Positions 5,487 to 10,912 of a stretch of 10,912 nt of DNA are shown here, one piece after another. The position numbers were made by a program, and so were the translations under genes. Source of the DNA: a virus; IMG/VR virus record IMGVR_UViG_3300045988_035343, positions 1-10,912 of that record; one strand, given 5' to 3'. The notes below the pieces were generated by a model. It did no database searches and was not told where the DNA came from. It saw only the letters and a program-made list of their open reading frames with translations. Every line of letters begins with the position of its first letter. Within the stretch, counting starts at the first letter, position 1.

Positions 5487-6584
5487 GTTCGTTTTGGCAG
5501 AAGTCATTAAATAATTTCGTACAATTTCGCCAACCTCATTATTTTGGTAAAATACTTTATCAGTTGCAAAGTACCGCGCTACTTGACTCTCTAAGTACGT
5601 TGCACTACTTATTAACTTGCGCTTGTAGTTTGGTTTTCCGTTCATCTGTAGGCTGTATATTAGTGCGTTTTCGGGGTCTTTTATTGGGGTGGTCTTCATG
5701 TGGATATATGTAAAATTTTCGCCCCCGTGCTGTATTATGTTACCCTGTAGTATGTATTCGTTAAACACAATATAATACACAAATAACACGTCTTTAGGGG
5801 TGTATTTAGTGGGCAAATGTGGGTACGCTGCCATTTCCCATTTGCCGCCTGTTATCATTTCTAAATTTTGATTGTCAAAGCAAAAATACTTGTTACTTGC
5901 TTTTTGTTTAACAATGGTACTGCAATACTCCACCGCTACAACCGCGCCATGTTGCCCAAACTTGTATATGTCGATAGTGCCTTGCTCCATGTTCGTTACT
6001 TGCTTTAGGCCCATTTCGGTAAAGTAAGGGCAAAACTTGTTTATAGTATTGCCCAACATAAAAACTTTAACGTTGTCGCGCTGTCGTATTATGGTACTTA
6101 ACAAGTTCATAAATAGCATGAATTCATCGGGCAAATAGTATCTACGAGTTAAAAACTCATCAAAAACAATTGTAGTAACATTTGGGTAACTGCTGCTTTT
6201 TTCATGCTCTTGCTCTGACAAGCAAAAGCCATAGCAAAAGGGTGTAGTTTGCGGTACGTACTTCTTTTTTTCGGGGTCGTACTTTGCAAGATACCATTTA
6301 CCACCGATATAAAACACGGAGTTAAATTCTCCCTTTGTTATTTCTTCTATGTAGCCATTTGCCACGTGGTTAGCAAACAGATTTTCTGCACGTTTGCCGC
6401 GTAAATCCTCACGCCACCTACGTATATAGGCCATTTGTTCACCCGTTTGTACGTACTTCTTGATACCATACGCCAAAGTGGCGTATGTTTTGCCGTTGGA
6501 ACGCTCGCCAAATATTATATTGTAATCTGCCTTTTTGTTTAATATGTTGGTGAGTGAGTAAAATTTTATAGGTTCTTTCTTCAT
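5469..6584 (-). CDS. DNA packaging ATPase (phi29 gp16-type encapsidation protein)
   Basis: The 371-aa ORF has Walker A FGERSNGKTYA (phi29: GARGIGKSYA). Walker B YPNVTTIVFDEF is almost identical to the recalled phi29 YPNVSTIVFDEF. GEQMAYIRRW resembles GEQFIYVRRY. The size matches gp16 (332 aa). Confidence 0.93.
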   Translation of the reverse strand: MKKEPIKFYSLTNILNKKADYNIIFGERSNGKTYATLAYGIKKYVQTGEQMAYIRRWREDLRGKRAENLFANHVANGYIEEITKGEFNSVFYIGGKWYLAKYDPEKKKYVPQTTPFCYGFCLSEQEHEKSSSYPNVTTIVFDEFLTRRYYLPDEFMLFMNLLSTIIRQRDNVKVFMLGNTINKFCPYFTEMGLKQVTNMEQGTIDIYKFGQHGAVVAVEYCSTIVKQKASNKYFCFDNQNLEMITGGKWEMAAYPHLPTKYTPKDVLFVYYIVFNEYILQGNIIQHGGENFTYIHMKTTPIKDPENALIYSLQMNGKPNYKRKLISSATYLESQVARYFATDKVFYQNNEVGEIVRNYLMTSAKTNIVSIK

Positions 6585-6593
6585 TGTTCAAAT

Positions 6594-6609
6594 TGTTTCA
6601 CGTGGAACA
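6594..6609. promoter_or_regulatory. 16-bp near-palindrome TGTTTCACGTGGAACA (copy 1), candidate operator
   Basis: It lies in the 28-nt gap between the PolB stop and the ATPase start, 9 nt from the ATPase ATG. Its exact reverse complement occurs at 10252-10267. The core is CACGTG. Confidence 0.5.
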
Positions 6610-6612
6610 TTT

Positions 6613-8799
6613 TCAATCTTTTAGTTTTATACCCTTTAGGTAATTAAGGTACATAACACTTAAAGATAAGTTATAACTTGTTGGCTCTAAGTGTACACCG
6701 CTATTCTCTGCAAATGTACACTTTTTACCCCTATAGTCGGTAACTTCACCATTTATTTTGTAGTCTATGTATGTATGTATGTTTTTTCCTGTGGCCTCGC
6801 ACGGAAATTCTAAATAATTTGTAAACGCGTTAAATATGTTGTCACCATACTTTTTAACAAGATAGGGTATCGCGGCCTTTTTGTTTACACCGCTAATTGT
6901 TAAACTATATTCATAACTTTTACCGCCTACGTTTAGCGCGTTTTCTTCCTGTATCATGTACCGCTTTGCGCCTAACGTCTTAAAACGTTTATATGTGCCT
7001 TCGTAGTCCCAAACGCCTAAAGTTTTAGTAACGCCCTTAATTGTTTCGGGTTCGCATTTGGCAAAAGGTATATTGTGATGTTTACAAGCGGCCTTTAGTT
7101 TGTTATATACTACATTGTTGTACATATCAAAATACCGCTTATGTGCTGCTGCATTCTTTAACTTTATGCTGTCAGTATCGCTGTAAATGTAATCTTGCTT
7201 TGTATCATAGATAGCGGTAAATAAATTGCGCCTTGCATAGGCAGTGACGAAGACGCCCCACGGGTAAAACAAAAAGCGGTTTTTGCTTTCGTTGTACTTC
7301 TGCAACATTTCTGCTTTTTCCGTGTCTGTTAGTGTGTTTTCGTCCCAATGTCCGTCATATACAAACTCATCGCGCAAAGGGTTAGTAACACACATACCGT
7401 AGCAACTATTTAACATCTCCTTGCTATTTAGGTACTCCACTTCTTTGCCTTGCACGCCTTTTAACTTTGTCTTATTTTCGTACAAATCTAAGATTGTGCG
7501 TACAAAATCAGTTGGCAAATAGTCTGCCTTATAACAATACATCGCACCAATACGGACACCTCCCCACGTGTAAAAGTTGCGTATTATGTTGTAGTCTATA
7601 TTTGTTATTGTAGTGGCTACCTTTGCAGCGCAAACTAAACGGCCGTTGTTTTCCACGTGATTTACCTTGACATAACATTTGCTTACGCTTATTGGGTTAT
7701 CCTGTAACTCTTTTGCAAAGATGTTGGTAAATTCAACGTCAAAAATACAAAGGTACTTACTTGTGTAGTACTCAAATTCTTTCATGTTTTTAGGCTGTAC
7801 CCTTACACCTTTCGACATAGGGAATTTTTCCGACACCATAACATAAGGGTAACTACTTGTAAAATCGTAACTTGCAACGTCTTCACAAATTTCGTCTATG
7901 TGGTTAGCGTTTCCATGAGTAAAGCCGCCACTAAACGCCCTTTGTAACATATTAAATTCATGCAGGCCGTTGATAGTTAGCGAGTGGATTAAATTTATAC
8001 ACTGCCAATTACGCTCGGTTTTGCCGTTTACCTTTTTACTTAACATCGCTTTGCGGCAATGCTTACGTACATAACCCGTTTTTGTTAGGGGCAATCTTGT
8101 TATTAACTTGTTTTGCTCTAATTGCTCTTGTATGTAGTTCATAACTACTTTTATATCATTCACGCAATAAAGCAATTCTTTCGGGGTTAGTTCGGTTTTG
8201 GTGTGTCTTATTTTGGTGTAGTCCAAATCTCCAACCATTTTTGCACACTTGTACTTTTGTAGTTGTTCGCCTAACTTTGCAAGGTTGTAGCCGCTTAATA
8301 AGTAGCTGCACCTAAATTCTATGCCTATTGTAGTAGTTGCGTATAATGGTTTGCGTAAGTCAATGCTAAAAACCTTTTCCCACTCAAATAAGGTACGCAA
8401 AAATTGAAATTCATAAGATAAATTGTGTATATACACAATTAGTTTTTTGTTGGTGGATAACTCCAAAGTTTTTTCTATAGTGTTACACATGGCGGTAAAC
8501 TCGTCCCATGTACGGCCTACTATTACGTACCCATTTATACCAAATTGCCACACGTACATAATAGCACACTTTTCCATTTTTACGCCTAATTTGGTGTACT
8601 GCTCGTATGTGTATGTGTTGCCGTCTTCGTCTCGATAAAAACTACTTACTTCAATATCAAAGGCACAAGGGATATTGTAAAACTTACACCCTTTGTTATT
8701 GCTTATTACGTTCTTTTCGTTTACGGCCAACTGCAAAATATCTTTTATGTCGGTGGCCTTATAAATTCTACTATGTTGCGCATATTGTACCTTTTTCAT
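6613..8799 (-). CDS. Protein-primed family-B DNA polymerase
   Basis: The 728-aa ORF carries all expected motifs:
- ExoI: AFDIEVSS.
- ExoII: YIHNLSYEFQF (phi29: FHNLKFDGAF).
- ExoIII: YCVNDIKVV.
- Motif A: DFTSSYPYVM.
- Motif B: KEMLNSCYGM.
- Motif C: YIYSDTDSI.
- KxY: LGAKRYM.
There is room for TPR1/TPR2-type insertions. It sits on an ITR-bounded linear genome. Confidence 0.97.
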   Translation of the reverse strand: MKKVQYAQHSRIYKATDIKDILQLAVNEKNVISNNKGCKFYNIPCAFDIEVSSFYRDEDGNTYTYEQYTKLGVKMEKCAIMYVWQFGINGYVIVGRTWDEFTAMCNTIEKTLELSTNKKLIVYIHNLSYEFQFLRTLFEWEKVFSIDLRKPLYATTTIGIEFRCSYLLSGYNLAKLGEQLQKYKCAKMVGDLDYTKIRHTKTELTPKELLYCVNDIKVVMNYIQEQLEQNKLITRLPLTKTGYVRKHCRKAMLSKKVNGKTERNWQCINLIHSLTINGLHEFNMLQRAFSGGFTHGNANHIDEICEDVASYDFTSSYPYVMVSEKFPMSKGVRVQPKNMKEFEYYTSKYLCIFDVEFTNIFAKELQDNPISVSKCYVKVNHVENNGRLVCAAKVATTITNIDYNIIRNFYTWGGVRIGAMYCYKADYLPTDFVRTILDLYENKTKLKGVQGKEVEYLNSKEMLNSCYGMCVTNPLRDEFVYDGHWDENTLTDTEKAEMLQKYNESKNRFLFYPWGVFVTAYARRNLFTAIYDTKQDYIYSDTDSIKLKNAAAHKRYFDMYNNVVYNKLKAACKHHNIPFAKCEPETIKGVTKTLGVWDYEGTYKRFKTLGAKRYMIQEENALNVGGKSYEYSLTISGVNKKAAIPYLVKKYGDNIFNAFTNYLEFPCEATGKNIHTYIDYKINGEVTDYRGKKCTFAENSGVHLEPTSYNLSLSVMYLNYLKGIKLKD

Positions 8800-9434
8800 A
8801 GTCCGAAGTTATTGAATTCGTCTAATATGCTGTTAATCTCGCTTTCTACTTCGTTTGTTAGTTTGTTGGCCTCGCTTTCAATATTGCTATCTATAGCATT
8901 TTGTAGGCTTACGGCTTCACTTTCAATTTGTTCGCTAGCGTCTCGTGCGCTTTGTTCCAAATCTCCTGTAAAATCTTTGTACTTCATCAAATACTTTTCT
9001 ACAAAATCGCTATCGCTTAGGCTAGTTAGCTTTTCGTTTAATTTGTCGGCCATTAAATTAAATTCTTTGTCTGTAAGGCCGTACGCGGTTTTTAGGTGGT
9101 CATTGTACGTTCGTGTGCCTTGGGCGGTACTCGTAGGCTGTCTTAAAAAAGATACGGCCTTTGCGTACTCTGTTTTTATTTCGTCCCAACTTTGGCCGCT
9201 TACAGAAAATTTGCTATAGCCTTTAATATCTCCTTTGTTTAAGGCTGTTACCGCGGGGCTTAATAACCCTTTGTCTTCAATGTTTTGTATTCTTCGGTTG
9301 GCCTGCTGAAATACGCGTCTTACTTCCTTTCTTAGTTCGGGGCTACTCTCAACGCTTTGTATGATATCCTGCCTTAACTCTGTACGTTGAGTTGCTGTAA
9401 ATACGCTTTGTTTGTATCCTATCTTGTTAGGCAT
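8796..9434 (-). CDS. Terminal protein candidate (replication primer)
   Basis: The 212-aa ORF is immediately upstream of the polymerase and translationally coupled to it by an ATGA overlap, as in the phi29 gene 3 - gene 2 order. It has a basic N-terminal half (ELRKEVRRVFQQANRRIQNIEDKG) and an acidic helical C-terminal half. The pattern is loosely similar to the phi29 TP N-terminal region. No diagnostic motif exists, so the call is positional. Confidence 0.55.
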   Translation of the reverse strand: MPNKIGYKQSVFTATQRTELRQDIIQSVESSPELRKEVRRVFQQANRRIQNIEDKGLLSPAVTALNKGDIKGYSKFSVSGQSWDEIKTEYAKAVSFLRQPTSTAQGTRTYNDHLKTAYGLTDKEFNLMADKLNEKLTSLSDSDFVEKYLMKYKDFTGDLEQSARDASEQIESEAVSLQNAIDSNIESEANKLTNEVESEINSILDEFNNFGL

Positions 9435-9437
9435 AGT

Positions 9438-9479
9438 CTTAAAATTAAAATAGGTAGGTAGTTATATGCTACCTACCTA
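9438..9479 (-). terminator. Rho-independent terminator/attenuator between the early cassette and the replication genes
   Basis: The minus strand reads TAGGTAGGTAG-catataa-CTACCTACCTA (11-bp stem) followed by TTTTAATTTTAAG. The next ATG (9434) follows within 16 nt. The design (hairpin + TTTTAATTTTA + start codon) is the same as the terminator at 2431-2467. Confidence 0.75.
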
Positions 9480-9492
9480 TATTGTTGTATGT

Positions 9493-9846
9493 TTACTTGT
9501 CCTTAAAGGTTATGGTATGGCAGTCTCGGCCGTGGCTCTCGTACTTTCGTACTACAAAACCAACTTTGCCGCCCTTGATGTCATTTACCGCGTCCGTATT
9601 GTTTACGATGTCATTAAATACCTTTGTTAGGTATATAGGCATATCAACACGCTTTTTAATGTCAGACATCACTATCACGACTTTTACACCAAATTTGCCG
9701 CGTGTGAAGTAAAAACCATCGAGCGCGTGTACCTTATTAGGGTCAGCGTTGTATAACTCTTTAAGGCTCGTAAAGTCGTATCCTTTAAGGTTAAACTTAA
9801 AAGGGTTAACATTGCCCTTATTATACGTTTCTGCAAAACTTGTCAT
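9493..9846 (-). CDS. Hypothetical early protein (possible ssDNA-binding protein, by position and size only)
   Basis: The 117-aa ORF is the last gene of the early cassette, just upstream of the TP/Pol genes, where phi29 encodes its 124-aa SSB (p5). It looks beta-rich (FGVKVVIVMSD, GKVGFVVRKYE). No sequence motif was recognised. Confidence 0.45.
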   Translation of the reverse strand: MTSFAETYNKGNVNPFKFNLKGYDFTSLKELYNADPNKVHALDGFYFTRGKFGVKVVIVMSDIKKRVDMPIYLTKVFNDIVNNTDAVNDIKGGKVGFVVRKYESHGRDCHTITFKDK

Positions 9847-9857
9847 AACTGGGTACT

Positions 9858-10028
9858 TTAATTGTTAGCTGTATGTTCGTTGCTTAGGTTCATCAAGAAG
9901 TTTCTAAACTTCGAGATTTTAAGAAGTGTGCGAGTATTCGCGTTAACTTCTTTGGTGGTCATAAGCTGGCCTAATGATGTACAAGCGGTAAATATCGCTT
10001 CATCAAATGCGTTTCTTTCTTCGTTCAT
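9858..10028 (-). CDS. Hypothetical small early protein, 56 aa (absent from the supplied ORF track)
   Basis: Manual translation gives MNEERNAFDEAIFTACTSLGQLMTTKEVNANTRTLLKISKFRNFLMNLSNEHTANN*. Its ATG overlaps the TGA of the upstream 69-aa ORF (ATGA). It fills an otherwise unexplained 178-nt gap in a tightly packed same-strand operon and stops 11 nt before the next ATG. Confidence 0.6.
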   Translation of the reverse strand: MNEERNAFDEAIFTACTSLGQLMTTKEVNANTRTLLKISKFRNFLMNLSNEHTANN

Positions 10029-10234
10029 TTTTTCTGATACTTTAAAAGTGTGTTGTGATTAATATGTGTCGTGTCGGTGGTTACGATTGTCGTGCGGCCG
10101 CTGATGTCGGTTTGTCGGTACATTGAGCAACTTTGCAAAGCCATGCAAAGGATGTAAAGTACAGAGACCAAAACAAGCACATAAGAGATACAAAAAAGAA
10201 ATGTACCTACGCTCTTTAAAATCTTCTTTTTCAT
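10025..10234 (-). CDS. Small membrane-anchored early protein (possible lipoprotein)
   Basis: The 69-aa ORF has an MKKK start and a ~24-aa hydrophobic segment (GTFLFCISYVLVLVSVLYILCMAL) followed by LQSC, which is lipobox-like, although the segment is long for a signal peptide. The tail is Thr-rich. This ORF was preferred over the overlapping alternative-frame ORF 10059-10268. Confidence 0.6.
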   Translation of the reverse strand: MKKKILKSVGTFLFCISYVLVLVSVLYILCMALQSCSMYRQTDISGRTTIVTTDTTHINHNTLLKYQKK

Positions 10235-10251
10235 TTCGTTTTGTTGGTTTG

Positions 10252-10267
10252 TGTTCCACGTGAAACA
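10252..10267. promoter_or_regulatory. 16-bp near-palindrome TGTTCCACGTGAAACA (copy 2), candidate operator
   Basis: It is the exact reverse complement of 6594-6609. It lies in the 48-nt gap between the 83-aa ORF stop and the 69-aa ORF start, 17 nt from the ATG. Confidence 0.5.
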
Positions 10268-10282
10268 TTTATATGATAGGTT

Positions 10283-10534
10283 CTAAACTCGCTTATTGAA
10301 ACGCTGCATATAAAAGTTGTTGGCGTTGTTTCGCTCACTCTCTTTCTTGTGCGAGACTTCAAGCGCCTTTAAGTCGGTGCTTATATTGTCTACTAATGTA
10401 GCCAAGTTGCCGAGCGTTGCCGCAACATCAAAAAGTAATTGCGATTTGTTACGGTCTGCTTCATACTCGACATTGTTACGAGTTACGCGCAAAATACGTG
10501 CAATTTCATCGTACATTTGTGGGGTGGTTGCCAT
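10283..10534 (-). CDS. Hypothetical early protein, all-helical, with a weak helix-turn-helix-like segment
   Basis: The 83-aa ORF is the first sizeable gene downstream of the right-end promoters. YDEIARILRVTRNNVEY loosely fits an HTH pattern (hydrophobic-A-x-x-L-x-V-T-x-x-x-V). This is speculative. Confidence 0.55.
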   Translation of the reverse strand: MATTPQMYDEIARILRVTRNNVEYEADRNKSQLLFDVAATLGNLATLVDNISTDLKALEVSHKKESERNNANNFYMQRFNKRV

Positions 10535-10552
10535 TGTATTATTGTGTTGGTT

Positions 10553-10573
10553 GCCCCACTGGTTGGGTGGGGC
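10553..10573. other. GC-rich hairpin GCCCCAC-N7-GTGGGGC in the right-end leader region
   Basis: The stem is 7 bp and entirely G/C-rich, in an otherwise AT-rich region 19 nt upstream of the 83-aa ORF ATG. On the plus strand it is followed, after 6 nt, by TTTTTATTT. On the minus (sense) strand no U-tract follows. It may be an RNA structure or a plus-strand terminator. Confidence 0.4.
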
Positions 10574-10674
10574 GTTACCTTTTTATTTAGTAAATAATTT
10601 ATCATTAAGCAGGTCAAACGTGTAGTTGGCTACTTGTTTCATAATCGTTTGCTTATTGTTTTATTTTTATATTG

Positions 10675-10706
10675 CAAAGGTAGTTACTTTGTACTCTCTA
10701 TGCAAA
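10675..10706 (-). promoter_or_regulatory. Bacteroidota-type sigma-A early promoter (TTTG-N20-TACCTTTG)
   Basis: The minus strand reads TTTG-catagagagtacaaagtaac-TACCTTTG, an exact -33/-7 consensus with a 20-nt spacer. It lies in the noncoding right-end region and is oriented toward all the genes. Confidence 0.6.
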
Positions 10707-10755
10707 TTTTTAGTCTTAAAATATCTTAAAAGGTTATTTTTTTGTTTTGTCGATA

Positions 10756-10771
10756 TGCAAAGAGCGTGCCA
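10756..10771 (-). promoter_or_regulatory. Sigma-54-type consensus match (TGGCACG-CTCT-TTGCA), right subterminal, oriented with the genes
   Basis: This is an exact TGGCACG-N4-TTGCA match on the minus strand, about 50 nt upstream of the sigma-A-type -33 element. It sits at about the same distance from its terminus (about 141 nt) as the left subterminal copy (about 138 nt). Confidence 0.4.
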
Positions 10772-10807
10772 ATATTATTTTTTAGGTGTTGCTTTTTCTT
10801 GCTATTT

Positions 10808-10912
10808 TGGAGGTTTGGCACGGCCTATGCAAAAAGCGTGCCAAACTCTATTGGCGAATGTTAAAAATGTGTTGGGAAATGTTAAAAAGGGGGTGTTTGT
10901 GCATATTTGGCT
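10808..10912. repeat. Right inverted terminal repeat (perfect 105 bp)
   Basis: It is the reverse complement of nt 1-105. Confidence 0.97.
10828..10843 (-). promoter_or_regulatory. Sigma-54-type consensus match inside the right ITR, oriented inward and with the genes
   Basis: This is the mirror copy of 70-85: TGGCACG-CTTT-TTGCA on the minus strand. Confidence 0.4.

Larger units (their letters stand above)
1..10912. mobile_element. Complete linear dsDNA phage genome (ITR to ITR) with phi29-like protein-primed podovirus architecture
   Basis: The window starts and ends exactly at perfect 105-bp inverted terminal repeats. It encodes a protein-primed PolB, a terminal-protein candidate, a phi29-type portal, a packaging ATPase, a capsid protein and a tail-knob-like protein. 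Genes are tightly packed on a single strand, and no host-like genes are present. Confidence 0.85.

Noticed and set aside
4096-5713. Plus-strand ORFs 4096-4494, 4613-5173, 5073-5360 and 5411-5713
   Set aside because: They are antisense to the portal, holin-like and ATPase genes. The 4096-4494 product (FFFLFFVRFGLRFGFRFF...) is simply the reverse-frame reading of the acidic (TE)n/poly-E repeat.
6711-6718. A fourth TACATTTG (-7-like) element inside PolB, sharing the 11-mer TACATTTGCAG with the 5455-5462 site
   Set aside because: No TTTG/TTG -33 element lies 19-21 nt upstream, and the site is 127 nt inside the PolB coding region. It may be a weak internal promoter for the ATPase, but the evidence is too thin to call.
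8423-9712. Plus-strand ORFs 8423-8638, 8607-8801, 8773-9219 and 9482-9712
   Set aside because: They are antisense to PolB, the terminal-protein candidate and the 117-aa ORF. They are Leu/Ser/Phe-rich and would break the otherwise uniform single-strand operon structure.
9862-10062. Plus-strand 66-aa ORF covering the apparent gap between minus-strand genes
   Set aside because: The same interval holds a minus-strand 56-codon ORF that is ATGA-coupled to its upstream neighbour. That fits the genome organisation far better.
10059-10268. Alternative minus-strand 69-aa ORF (MFHVEHKPTKRNEKE...) overlapping 10025-10234 in another frame
   Set aside because: It would start inside the conserved 16-bp palindrome, and its product is His/Arg-rich with no features. 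The competing frame gives a clean MKKK + hydrophobic-anchor protein whose stop codon is ATGA-coupled to the next ORF.
10553-10588. The hairpin GCCCCAC/GTGGGGC as a rho-independent terminator for the gene-sense (minus) strand
   Set aside because: On the minus strand the stem is followed by AACCAACAC, not a U-tract. The T-run lies on the plus-strand side and is offset by 6 nt. It is kept only as an unexplained RNA/DNA structure.
10317-10625. Plus-strand 102-aa ORF
   Set aside because: It is antisense to the 83-aa early ORF and the leader region. It has no support and is on the wrong strand for the operon.
1-10912. Alternative identities for an ITR + pPolB replicon: tectivirus-like phage, polinton/adenovirus-like element, linear plasmid, or a Mollicutes phage using TGA as Trp
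   Set aside because: The portal, gp16-type ATPase and gp8-like capsid protein indicate a tailed phage. A double-jelly-roll virus would have an FtsK-type ATPase instead. Structural genes fill most of the genome, so it is not a plasmid. All ORFs close cleanly under the standard code, with TGA stops in ATGA overlaps, and the promoters fit Bacteroidota, so TGA recoding is unnecessary.
1-10912. Search for tRNA, rRNA, CRISPR arrays, integrase/recombinase, transposase or toxin-antitoxin pairs
   Set aside because: No cloverleaf-like, direct-repeat/spacer or recombinase-motif sequences were seen. The coding capacity is fully accounted for by the replication, packaging, structural and small early genes.

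Overview
The window appears to be a complete, very small (10,912 bp) linear dsDNA phage genome. Nt 1-105 are the exact reverse complement of nt 10808-10912, giving 105-bp inverted terminal repeats (ITRs), and weaker similarity continues to about nt 160 from each end. All convincing genes are on the minus strand, so the biological map runs from the right end to the left.

Gene order on the minus strand:
- An early cassette of small ORFans: 83 aa, a 69-aa membrane protein, a 56-aa ORF missing from the supplied track, and 117 aa.
- A hairpin terminator.
- A terminal-protein candidate (212 aa), joined by an ATGA overlap to a protein-primed family-B DNA polymerase (728 aa, all Exo and Pol motifs readable).
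- A phi29 gp16-type packaging ATPase.
- A small holin-like membrane protein.
- A phi29 gp10-type portal with an acidic (TE)n tail.
- A 189-aa structural ORF.
- A phi29 gp8-like major capsid protein, flanked by its own promoter and a strong terminator.
- A 146-aa ORF resembling the N-terminal domain of the phi29 gp9 tail knob.
- A 607-aa tail protein with four tandem 85-93 aa repeats.
- A terminator next to the left ITR.

Main points for follow-up:
1. The replicon is a miniature protein-primed podovirus at the lower size limit for tailed phages.
2. Four perfect matches to the sigma-54 -24/-12 consensus (TGGCACG-N4-TTGCA) occur, all within about 170 bp of the termini.
3. Three Bacteroidota-type promoters (TTTG-N20-TAnnTTTG) and the absence of Shine-Dalgarno sequences suggest a Bacteroidota host for a module best known from Bacillota phages.
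4. A 16-bp near-palindrome around CACGTG occurs in two intergenic gaps.
5. The tail-knob gene is split or frameshift-adjacent and carries a tandem-domain insertion.
6. No endolysin is recognisable.

All protein family calls rest on by-eye motif recognition and recalled phi29 sequences. No searches were run. No tRNA, rRNA, CRISPR array, integrase or transposase was seen.
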